Assembly (NCBI GenBank): GCA_964393205.1
Contig: CAYMSV010000002.1
Span: 96,843 to 160,842 of the forward strand
From: an uncultured Pseudomonadales bacterium
Lineage (GTDB): Bacteria; Patescibacteriota; Microgenomatia; UBA1400; PJMF01
Direction: 5' to 3'
Length of the DNA: 64,000 nucleotides
Below are positions 1 to 8,554 of this stretch, piece by piece. Position numbers and translations under genes: made by a program. Under the pieces are notes generated by a model. It did not search any database and was not told the DNA's origin. It was given only the letters and a program-made list of their open reading frames with translations. The stretch's first letter is position 1; each line of letters opens with the position of its first letter.

Positions 1-560
1 GTATCAATAACTAAATCGTATATGTCTGGCCGCCAAAAATCAAGCTTTGCCTCTGCCACCACCTTACCAGTCTTAACTAGCCATTCATTCCATTCTTTTT
101 TGTACATGCGTTGCCATTTATTTAAATTGTTTTGATAACGAGTTAGGGCATTTTCTTTAGCTTCTTCTACACTAATCTCATCACGATTAACAATTCTATC
201 AATGCGTACTGAATCATCACTACAAGTCATTAAAATCTTTAAGGTACCAGGTATATTTTGTGCCATAAAACCAGATAGCCAAGATTCTATAATCCATCCT
301 TCTTCAGAACTCAGTTTTTCACGAATACCCATATCAATTTGACGATCAAAGTCATCACTATAAGCTAAAGCACTATGATGAGCTTTTGACTTGGCATCAA
401 ATAAACCTTTTTCCACTGCATAAGCTCGCATAAACTCTCCGCCAGAAAAACCTGTGAAGCCAGCATATTTGAGCTCTTCGCGCAACATCGCTAATAAAGT
501 GGTAGAACCACAACCTGGTAAGCCAGAAATGGTAATGTTTTTATAAGAAATATCATCCAT
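1..560 (-). CDS. Cytidylate kinase-like P-loop NMP kinase (partial, C-terminus lies beyond window start)
   Basis: Minus-strand ORF starts at the ATG at 558-560 and runs off the window edge. Translation MDDISYKNITISGLPGCGSTTLLAML... carries a Walker A (GxxGxGST) like cytidylate kinase family 2. It is not in the ORF track because it is truncated. Confidence 0.55.
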   Translation of the reverse strand, partial: MDDISYKNITISGLPGCGSTTLLAMLREELKYAGFTGFSGGEFMRAYAVEKGLFDAKSKAHHSALAYSDDFDRQIDMGIREKLSSEEGWIIESWLSGFMAQNIPGTLKILMTCSDDSVRIDRIVNRDEISVEEAKENALTRYQNNLNKWQRMYKKEWNEWLVKTGKVVAEAKLDFWRPDIYDLVID

Positions 561-567
561 AGACATA

Positions 568-1086
568 TCAACTTTCAATTGTCTTTTTATTTTCATTATG
601 CTTTGTTAATAATTCAACTATCACTGACATTAGCAATTGCATCTTTTTGAGACAAGCTATAGCTTCATCTAAATTTAATTCTTTTTCACCATTTGGAAAA
701 AAGTGAAAAACGTGATTACGACACTGCAACCAAGCTTGCCAAACATCTCTAGCTAACTCCTCATTAAATATACGGCAAAGATCATCATAAAGCCACCACT
801 TATCACGTTGTCCAGGTCTAACATCTGGATTAAGGGCTCGACCGATGCGAAAGCGGCGACCATAATAAACTTTGTGGCTAATTAACTGCAAATCAAGCAA
901 CATCTTCTTCAAAAAACCTTCATAAGCCTTGGACATTGGAAACACTATAAAGGAAAAATCATTAATGTCATTTTGTTCTTCTTTGCTAAAATGCTCACTC
1001 AAATAGACACTGGTCTTAATTAAATTTTGTTGAAAGGGGTCTAAGTATTTAAACCAGGAAGATTGTTGATCAATTTGTATAGACAT
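568..1086 (-). CDS. Hypothetical protein with a C-terminal Rx4H (HEPN-like) motif
   Basis: 172 aa ORF 7 nt upstream of the cmk-like gene on the same strand. It contains ...AWLQCRNHVFHFF..., which fits the HEPN R-[NDH]-x3-H signature, and a predicted helical C-terminus. I recognise no other family. Confidence 0.45.
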   Translation of the reverse strand: MSIQIDQQSSWFKYLDPFQQNLIKTSVYLSEHFSKEEQNDINDFSFIVFPMSKAYEGFLKKMLLDLQLISHKVYYGRRFRIGRALNPDVRPGQRDKWWLYDDLCRIFNEELARDVWQAWLQCRNHVFHFFPNGEKELNLDEAIACLKKMQLLMSVIVELLTKHNENKKTIES

Positions 1087-1179
1087 AAATAAGTATTACA
1101 GAAAATTATATATCGATTATAATTGAAAGACTAGAAAAAATCCAAATTTTAAATTTCTAAAAAAATTAAAAGCAAGATA

Positions 1180-3546
1180 ATGAAAAAAATGTGGAAAGTA
1201 AAAAGTAAACGGCATCGATCAAAAAGAAAAAGAAAAGGACTCTGGCATAAAAAGTCTTGGCAGATTAGTATGCTTATAGTTTTTCTTCTAAGTGTTTTTG
1301 GCATAATTTATTTAATTCAAGACTTACCTTCACCAAAAAACTTAACTGCTCCTGAAAATTATGCTGTTAGTACTCAAATTTTTGATCGCCATGGCCAACT
1401 ACTTTATGAAGTTTATAGTGATGAAAATCGAATCCCAATTGACATTGAACAAATACCAGAACATTTATTGCAAGCTACTATTGCTATTGAAGATCAAAAC
1501 TTCTATCGCCATCATGGTTTAGATATAAGAGGTTTAATAAGAGCAATTTTCAATAATCTAACTGGAGGATCAACACAAGGAGGATCAACCATTACTCAGC
1601 AATTGGTTAAAAACGCTTTGCTTAGTAATGAAAGAACTCTAAATCGCAAAGCTAAAGAAGCACTCTTATCCATATTAACAGAGATTATTTACAGCAAAGA
1701 AGAAATTCTAGAAATGTATCTCAATTACATTTCTTATGGTGGAACTGCTATTGGTATTGAAGCTGCCGCAAACCGCTTCTTTGCTAAATCAGCTAGTGAT
1801 CTAAGCTTAGCCGAAAGCGCATTGCTCGCTGGATTGCCACAAGCACCTAGTTCTTACTCACCTTTTGGTGCTTATCCAGAAAGAAGTAAATTGCGACAAA
1901 AAGAGGTTTTACGCCGTATGATGGAAGATGGATACATAGATCAAAATAAAGTTAATGAGGTAGAAAATGAATCATTAAATTTTGCCCTAAAAAAAACCGA
2001 TATTAAAGCTCCACACTTTGTTTTTTATGTAACAGATTTGCTTTACAAAGAGTATGGAGAAGAGATGGTTAAAACTGGTGGCTTGCGTGTCACCACTACT
2101 TTAGATTTAGATTTGCAAGAAAGCGCTCAGGCATCTTTGTCCGCAGAAGTTAATCAATTAAGTAATTTAAAAGTTGGTAATGGTGCAGCTTTAATTACCA
2201 AACCCAATACTGGCGAGATTATAGCTATGATTGGCAGCAAGGATTATTTTGATAGCAAAAATGATGGTCAAGTAAACGTTACTCTCGCTCTTAGACAACC
2301 TGGTTCGGCCATTAAGCCAATTATGTATGCCACTACTTTCCAAGAAAAAACCCTCAATCCTGGTTCTATGATTTTAGATATTCCCACTTGTTTCAAAATC
2401 CCCGGACAAAGAGATTATTGTCCAAAAAACTATACCGGTGGTTTTGCGGGACCAGTAACAATAAGACAATCTCTCGGTAACTCTTTTAATATTCCAGCTG
2501 TTAAAGCCCTCAGCACTATTGGTGTAGAAAAGTTTATGTTGCAAGCTAATAAAATGGGTATCAATAATTGGATAGATCCCAGTAAATATGGTTTGTCTCT
2601 AACCCTTGGTGGTGGTGAAGTTCAAATGACAGAAATGGCTACTGCTTTTGCTGTTTTGGCCAATCAAGGAGTTAAGGTACCACTAAGCTCCATTTTAGAA
2701 GTTAAAAACTATAAGGGCGAAATCTTGCAAAGCCTAGATATAGAAGAAAGAATTGAAGCTTTAAACGCCATGACTGAGGATGAAACTATCAGAAAAGAAG
2801 CGCAATTAGAACGAGTAATGCGTCGCGCACCTGCTTATCTAACCGCTCACATTATGCAAGACAACAATGCAAGACTAATGGCTTTTGGCAGCAACAACCA
2901 ACTCGTAATTAAAGATAAAGTGGTTAGTGCTAAAACCGGCACTACCAATGACTTAAAAGATAACTGGACAGTCGGTTTTACTCCGGAGCTTATGACTATT
3001 GTTTGGGTGGGTAATAATGACAATAGTTCAATGAGTTATTTAGCTTCTGGAATAACCGGTGCGGCTCCCATCTGGAATGATATTATGTCCTATCTTCTTA
3101 AAGATGAAGAAGTTGTGTGGCCAGAGCGTCCTAGCGATGTTAAAATGGCCAATGTTTGTTTAACCGGCATGCCAGTCGATCGAGGTCTAGGAAATAATCG
3201 TAATGACCTAGATAACATTAATAGTAATGACTCAACAGTTAAGATTTCCGATCAGGTTCAAACTTATTTAACAGATACCGATCCAGCCCAAACCTGTCAA
3301 TCAGTGGCACAAGAGTTATATTGGGAAGAGTCTTTTCCTAGTTATTCTGGTAGTTTTCAAAAAGAATTTTGGATTCGTAGTGAAACAGGTCTGCCTCCTG
3401 CCATAGGTGAAGAAGCTGAAGACTTAGTCTTGGAACTTCATCAATTTTACTACGATCCAGTTACTCACCTTTACTGTGCTGATTGCACTAGACCGGTGGA
3501 TGAAGAGAGTGGTAGGGTGATTTACGAAAGATATTACGTTAATTAA
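1180..3546 (+). CDS. mrcA: Class A penicillin-binding protein (PBP1A-type transglycosylase/transpeptidase)
   Basis: N-terminal TM, then GT51 motifs (IEDQNFYRHHGLD, GGSTITQQLVKN). Transpeptidase motifs follow: SAIK (SxxK), SFN (SxN) and KTGT. 788 aa. Confidence 0.9.
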   Translation: MKKMWKVKSKRHRSKRKRKGLWHKKSWQISMLIVFLLSVFGIIYLIQDLPSPKNLTAPENYAVSTQIFDRHGQLLYEVYSDENRIPIDIEQIPEHLLQATIAIEDQNFYRHHGLDIRGLIRAIFNNLTGGSTQGGSTITQQLVKNALLSNERTLNRKAKEALLSILTEIIYSKEEILEMYLNYISYGGTAIGIEAAANRFFAKSASDLSLAESALLAGLPQAPSSYSPFGAYPERSKLRQKEVLRRMMEDGYIDQNKVNEVENESLNFALKKTDIKAPHFVFYVTDLLYKEYGEEMVKTGGLRVTTTLDLDLQESAQASLSAEVNQLSNLKVGNGAALITKPNTGEIIAMIGSKDYFDSKNDGQVNVTLALRQPGSAIKPIMYATTFQEKTLNPGSMILDIPTCFKIPGQRDYCPKNYTGGFAGPVTIRQSLGNSFNIPAVKALSTIGVEKFMLQANKMGINNWIDPSKYGLSLTLGGGEVQMTEMATAFAVLANQGVKVPLSSILEVKNYKGEILQSLDIEERIEALNAMTEDETIRKEAQLERVMRRAPAYLTAHIMQDNNARLMAFGSNNQLVIKDKVVSAKTGTTNDLKDNWTVGFTPELMTIVWVGNNDNSSMSYLASGITGAAPIWNDIMSYLLKDEEVVWPERPSDVKMANVCLTGMPVDRGLGNNRNDLDNINSNDSTVKISDQVQTYLTDTDPAQTCQSVAQELYWEESFPSYSGSFQKEFWIRSETGLPPAIGEEAEDLVLELHQFYYDPVTHLYCADCTRPVDEESGRVIYERYYVN

Positions 3547-3566
3547 CAGCTAATTATTAGAAATTT

Positions 3567-4793
3567 GTGATCAAAAAACACAAAATATTACTTTTTATCA
3601 TCTTGACTTTTACCTTATTGTTTTCAGTTTTTCTAAGTCTTAAAATTTGGAAAAATAGTTTGTTGTCACCTATTGGCAAGGACTCCCAATTTACTTATTT
3701 AAAAAATTGGTTGTGGCCGGGTAATCAAAAGGAAGAATTTATAGTGTATGGTTTTCTACCATATTGGAATATAAATAAAGTGAAACTACAACCAGAACTT
3801 ACTCATCTTAGCTACTTTGCATTAGAAGTGGGAGCAGATGGACAAATTGTTACTGAAAATTTACCTGGAGAAAGTGAGCCTGGATATAGACAATTAAACA
3901 GCGAAAATTTTTTTCGTTTAATTAATGATAACAATATAACTAAAGAGTTAGTCTTGAGTCAATTTAACTCACAAAAAATTGAAGAACTTTTAAATAATCC
4001 AAGTAATTGGTTAACACTTTTAGAACAAATAGATGCCCTACTACTTGCCTATCCTTTTAGCGGACTTAATCTTGACTTTGAATATCAAGGCGAAGCAGAC
4101 GAGCAACTAAGGCAACAATTTGTAAACTTTATCATCAGTATTAAACAGCATTTAAACCAAAGAGAAGAAGAAATTAATTTAAGCATAGACGTCTATGCTA
4201 ATGCTGGTAATCAAAATAAAAAATTACTTTGGAACTTAGTAGCTCTAGAACCATATTTAGATCATGTCGTGGTAATGGCCTACGACTTTCACAGACAGAA
4301 TTCTGCTCAGGCTGGACCGGGAGCCCCTTTATTTGGTGGACAAGATTTATGGAGCAGTGATATTAATCGTTTAATGAAGGGTTTTTTCGATCAACTACCT
4401 AGACAAAAAATTTTATTAGGTATTCCTTTTTATGGATATGGTTGGCAAACTGATAGTTTAGAGCCTCAAGCTAATACTTATCCAAGTACTGGTTTTATGG
4501 TTAGCTATCAAGAATCATTGGATTTACAAAATTTAACTGGCCGTTGGCAAAACTGTTCAAACCTAGAAATTTATTGGCAAGAAGATGCATTGTCTCCTTT
4601 TGCTACTTTAACTTGTCCTAAAAATGAGAACAATGATGAAAAAAGTGAATCACTTAATTACTTAGTTTATTTCGAAAATACTCAATCGCTGCAATATAAA
4701 ATTGATTATGCCAAACAACTAGAAATAGCCGGAGTTGCTATCTGGGCTCTCGGATATGAAGGTAGCAGCAGGGATCTGTGGGAAATCTTTTAG
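3567..4793 (+). CDS. Glycoside hydrolase family 18-like (chitinase / YaaH-like) domain protein
   Basis: N-terminal signal anchor; GH18 catalytic DxxDxDxE-type motif (GLNLDFEY) and an MAYDFH motif. 408 aa. Confidence 0.6.
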   Translation: MIKKHKILLFIILTFTLLFSVFLSLKIWKNSLLSPIGKDSQFTYLKNWLWPGNQKEEFIVYGFLPYWNINKVKLQPELTHLSYFALEVGADGQIVTENLPGESEPGYRQLNSENFFRLINDNNITKELVLSQFNSQKIEELLNNPSNWLTLLEQIDALLLAYPFSGLNLDFEYQGEADEQLRQQFVNFIISIKQHLNQREEEINLSIDVYANAGNQNKKLLWNLVALEPYLDHVVVMAYDFHRQNSAQAGPGAPLFGGQDLWSSDINRLMKGFFDQLPRQKILLGIPFYGYGWQTDSLEPQANTYPSTGFMVSYQESLDLQNLTGRWQNCSNLEIYWQEDALSPFATLTCPKNENNDEKSESLNYLVYFENTQSLQYKIDYAKQLEIAGVAIWALGYEGSSRDLWEIF

Positions 4794-4838
4794 AAATTAC
4801 TAAAAAAATAATTTCGGCTTAAATTTCAAACCCTAAAT

Positions 4839-6746
4839 TTAAAATTCTTTTTTATTAAATTGTTGAGCTAAGAGAAATGACCAAACACCAGTTGCCAAAA
4901 AGAAAAGACCAAGCACTAACAAACCAAAGGTATTTGCTATCGAGCCCGCATTATAAGTTCCACTTTCAGTAGAAACTACAGTTTCTCTAGCACTTGATGT
5001 TGCCTCTTCTGTAGGAGTAACAACGGGGGGTGTTGGAGTTGGAATAGGTTCTGTCTCTGGTAAATAAGGATCACCTGTGCCGTGAGGTAGAGCTTGTGTT
5101 GTCTCAGCACTGGCTATAGTTCTATTCGAATCTGCTCCTCTACCCAAATCATCTAGCTCGCTAGAAACCGTAAAATTATAGCTTCGAACAACTTCTTCAC
5201 CTGTATTAGGGTCAATATAAGTATAACTTATTGTGTGTTCACCTGGTTCTAATTCACTCCCCAAATTAGCCAAATCAACTATTAAATTTCCCTCATCATC
5301 TGTTTCAACAATAGTCTCTATAGTTGTTTCTGAGTTTATTACAATTTCTACAGTTGTGTTGGGAGGTAAAGTAGCTCTAATAATTGGCTGGGAAGTATTG
5401 ACTACAATATCAGCTGCACTACTTGACTCTTCAATTTCATTTAGATCCAAGGTTCGTTCTGTCTCATCCAAGGTTAAATTTTCACCCAATAAGCCATCAG
5501 CGCTTTCCGTAGAAACAGGTACAGACTCATTCATATCTAAATTATCAACTACTTCATTTTCTTGATCGAAATTTGGTTCTGGACCAAGCCCTCCAATGTC
5601 ATCAGCCAAGAGTTCTTCTCTCGTCTCTGACAAATTTTCTTCTTCTGCACTAGCCTCCTGGCCCATAATGATTTCTGGAACTGGTTGAGCATTCTCAACA
5701 CTAACTATTCTATTTGTAATTAAACTAGGTTCTACTCCCTGAACCTTAATTGTCAACATGCTGTCATCATTTATCTCTGGATATGAATTAAGGTTTAAAT
5801 TAAAAGCATTACTGAGAGAAACGGCCCAACTACCAGAAGATTTTACCAAAGTTGATAATACTCCAGCTCCCTCTAAAGTAACAAAAACAACCGCTCCATC
5901 TCCAGCTTGGCCATTTGCTTGACTGACTGTTCCATAAATGGTTTGATTATTGGGAGAAGCACCATTCTGACTACTTGCAGTTTTGATTTCATAAGGACTA
6001 CCAGCGCTATCAAAAGTTGCATTGCTACCCGTACCCAATAAATAATAATAGTTAGTATTTGGCTCCAAACCTCTTACTGTTACCTGATGTAAATGGTATG
6101 GTTTAATTATTCCAGAAAGCTGATCCCTATCGTCACTTGCCTGTTCTTTGATGTCATTAGCGCTTGTTCCATACTTAATAAACCCAATAGTTTCTTCATC
6201 AGTGTAGAAAGTCACTGTAAAAGACTTATCTGTAACATTACTAAGTACAATATTTTTTGGAGTAGTTTCTGGTGTAGCTCTAGGTGCAAATAAACCAGTG
6301 CCGTCACCAAACAAAAAAACTCCTGCTACTAAAGAAACAACTAAAACTAATAATCCTAAAATAGTGGGTATTTTCTTTTGACCTGACTTTGCACCGCCTT
6401 TTTTGGATTTTTTACCCAGCTCTTCAGTTTGAACTGATTCTGTGCTTACTGATTTAGGAATCGTCGTCGGTGCTTTAAGGGTATCTTTTTTAGTTGATGA
6501 GTCGTCTTGTTTGTTGATGTTTGCACTTGAAAGTTGATTTTTATGATTTTGTGTAGGTTCTGTTTTGATAGGACTTGGCAGCTTAGCTTCTTGCTTTTGT
6601 GCAATTAATTCTTTTTTTTCAACAACTGGAAGATTTTTTTTAGTTGGTGTATTCGTTTTTGGTGTTAAAGATTGCGGAGGAGTAGGTTTCGGCAAATTAA
6701 GCCCAACTTGAGAGCTAGTCGATGAATTTTGATTTAAAACTTGCAT
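4839..6746 (-). CDS. Cell-surface protein: low-complexity K/T/P-rich N-terminus, TM helix, FN3/PAP-N-like beta-sandwich region, P/T-rich stalk and a C-terminal hydrophobic anchor with basic tail
   Basis: 635 aa. Internal TM IPTILGLLVLVVSLVAGVFLFG. Beta-sandwich-like stretch FTVTFYTDEE...LEPNTNYYY. Stalk PIPTPTPPVVTPTEE. C-terminal GLLVLGLFFLATGVWSFLLAQQFNKKEF. Confidence 0.55.
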   Translation of the reverse strand: MQVLNQNSSTSSQVGLNLPKPTPPQSLTPKTNTPTKKNLPVVEKKELIAQKQEAKLPSPIKTEPTQNHKNQLSSANINKQDDSSTKKDTLKAPTTIPKSVSTESVQTEELGKKSKKGGAKSGQKKIPTILGLLVLVVSLVAGVFLFGDGTGLFAPRATPETTPKNIVLSNVTDKSFTVTFYTDEETIGFIKYGTSANDIKEQASDDRDQLSGIIKPYHLHQVTVRGLEPNTNYYYLLGTGSNATFDSAGSPYEIKTASSQNGASPNNQTIYGTVSQANGQAGDGAVVFVTLEGAGVLSTLVKSSGSWAVSLSNAFNLNLNSYPEINDDSMLTIKVQGVEPSLITNRIVSVENAQPVPEIIMGQEASAEEENLSETREELLADDIGGLGPEPNFDQENEVVDNLDMNESVPVSTESADGLLGENLTLDETERTLDLNEIEESSSAADIVVNTSQPIIRATLPPNTTVEIVINSETTIETIVETDDEGNLIVDLANLGSELEPGEHTISYTYIDPNTGEEVVRSYNFTVSSELDDLGRGADSNRTIASAETTQALPHGTGDPYLPETEPIPTPTPPVVTPTEEATSSARETVVSTESGTYNAGSIANTFGLLVLGLFFLATGVWSFLLAQQFNKKEF

Positions 6747-6833
6747 ATCAAGACTAAGACTTATAAAATGTCCTGTTTTTACTCTATATTAATTAAATTT
6801 AGATCACAAGGCGAAGAAAATCCAAACAAAAAA

Positions 6834-7289
6834 TTATTCGTATGTTTCAACCTCAACTTCGGCTTCTGTTTCAATTTCAATTTCAGATTCTTCTTGACTA
6901 ATACTTTCATCCATAATGAATTCCTCTTCTAGATCATCAGCCTCATCTTCTTCGGTATTGCTTGATAAATCTGTAATATCAGTCAACACTCCTTCCTGAC
7001 TAAATTCTGTTGTTAAGTATACAAAAATAGGAAAATAACTTAATTCTTCATCGCTCAGCACTCTTTTTTGCTCTATCATTGAGAACACTTCAACATCCAG
7101 ACGTGGAACTAGTGGTTTTGCCAAGTCAGCCAAATGTTGATCAATTTTAACCTTTCTTTGCGAAGTAAAAACACTAACACTAGTCCAAAATAGTATCGCT
7201 ACCAAAAACAATATTCCTCCCCACAAAATGTTTTTTTGTCGACGTAATCGATTAAGTTCTTGTTTTAGCCTAATTCTTTCTTTACTCAT
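6834..7289 (-). CDS. Bitopic membrane protein with a highly acidic C-terminus (third gene of the PilN/PilO-like operon)
   Basis: 151 aa with one TM (ILWGGILFLVAILFWTSVSVF) and a Glu/Asp-rich tail. Its start overlaps the stop of the upstream gene (7286-7289). Confidence 0.4.
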   Translation of the reverse strand: MSKERIRLKQELNRLRRQKNILWGGILFLVAILFWTSVSVFTSQRKVKIDQHLADLAKPLVPRLDVEVFSMIEQKRVLSDEELSYFPIFVYLTTEFSQEGVLTDITDLSSNTEEDEADDLEEEFIMDESISQEESEIEIETEAEVEVETYE

Positions 7290-7921
7290 TTTTCATCCAT
7301 GCTTGAAGATAGCGAATAATAAGGTAAATTAATTTTTAATTGAGCAGATAAATTACTGGATTCTGTTTTTCTATCTATGACAACTTGATCAACTATTATT
7401 ACTTGACGCAAATCCATTATTTTTTCAACAAATTCCCTAATTTGTATATAATTACCCAGAACTTCTATATTAATTGGCAAGAAATCTCTTTGATAATCTT
7501 CAAACCTATCATTTAAAAACTCTTCACCAATTGGCTCCGGTACCTCTGCCAATGAAATTTGACTGATAACTAATTCTCCTTCTCCAGCTATCTTTTCAAA
7601 TTTCTTCAATGATTTCACTACATCAAATTTTCTAGGAATAGCTTCATCTAATAAATAAAAATTAGCCTGATGCTGTTCATATTGCTCCTGAGCTGTATAT
7701 AAACTAGCCAATTTTAAATCCATTTGCTGATCAAGTTCTTTTTTATCAGCTATCTCTTTAATCAAATCAGCCATAGTAATTAAAGTTGGTCGAATAGCAA
7801 AAACAGCAAAAAAAACTACTACTATAATAGATAAAACCAATTCTACCGAAACCCTAGCAACTGGTTTTTGATAGAAATCAATTAAAATTTTTGCTAGTTG
7901 TTCTTGTTTTGTTTTAGACAT
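7286..7921 (-). CDS. PilO-like pilus assembly protein (putative)
   Basis: 211 aa with an N-terminal TM then a coiled-coil region. It is translationally coupled to the PilN-like gene; the stop/start overlap is at 7921. Confidence 0.35.
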   Translation of the reverse strand: MSKTKQEQLAKILIDFYQKPVARVSVELVLSIIVVVFFAVFAIRPTLITMADLIKEIADKKELDQQMDLKLASLYTAQEQYEQHQANFYLLDEAIPRKFDVVKSLKKFEKIAGEGELVISQISLAEVPEPIGEEFLNDRFEDYQRDFLPINIEVLGNYIQIREFVEKIMDLRQVIIVDQVVIDRKTESSNLSAQLKINLPYYSLSSSMDEK

Positions 7922-8514
7922 TAATCTTCAATAGTTTTGTTTACCTCAATAACCCTGGCTTTAACATCAAAAGCTAAGCCAGGAGAATTCTCTCCTCTAG
8001 ATTCGATTTTCCCTATACTAACATTATCAAAGTGAGGAGATAATTTAACATTGTTAACTAAAATATTTAATGAAGTTTGAGATAAAGCCGTACCAGAAAA
8101 TACAACCTCACTACTCCTAATAGTAAGATCATCTAAAATAACATTACTGGGAATAGTTTCATTTAATATTGGAAAAATCTCCATTAGATTAGATTCTTGT
8201 TGAAGCTGTTTAATATCAGTAATTTGTTTTTGAATAAAAAGAAAACGTTTTTCCAGATCTTCATATGATTCAATCGCCATCTTTTTTTGATTAATAGTAG
8301 CATTTAAATCAGTTACCTGACGATCTAAAACAAAACGAGTGCTAAAACTTAAAATTACTACTAGCTGGGTAAAAATCACCACATAACGACCGACCGATAG
8401 GGTCCAATTTAAAATACGGCCCATTGGCGTCTCAAAAAAAGGATCCTTAGGCATCAGGTTTACGTCAAGCGAAACAGAACCTCGTTTTTTCTTTTTATTT
8501 TTAAATCTGGGCAT
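7921..8514 (-). CDS. PilN-like fimbrial assembly protein (putative)
   Basis: 197 aa with a basic N-terminus. It has a VNLMPKDP motif resembling the PilN INLLP box, followed by a TM helix and a coiled coil. Confidence 0.45.
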   Translation of the reverse strand: MPRFKNKKKKRGSVSLDVNLMPKDPFFETPMGRILNWTLSVGRYVVIFTQLVVILSFSTRFVLDRQVTDLNATINQKKMAIESYEDLEKRFLFIQKQITDIKQLQQESNLMEIFPILNETIPSNVILDDLTIRSSEVVFSGTALSQTSLNILVNNVKLSPHFDNVSIGKIESRGENSPGLAFDVKARVIEVNKTIED

Positions 8515-8554
8515 TATGTATATTGTAGATTAATTTAGGAGAGAGTAAAAGATC

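Noticed and set aside
1563-1590. Short tandem duplication GGAGGATCAACACAAGGAGGATCAACC
   Set aside because: It is an in-frame duplication encoding GGSTQGGST within the PBP transglycosylase domain. It is a single duplication and not a CRISPR or regulatory repeat.
5233-6932. Plus-strand ORFs 5233-5565, 6093-6293 and 6741-6932 overlapping the surface-protein gene
   Set aside because: They are antisense and embedded in a longer, better-supported CDS. Their composition is driven by the opposite strand's codons.
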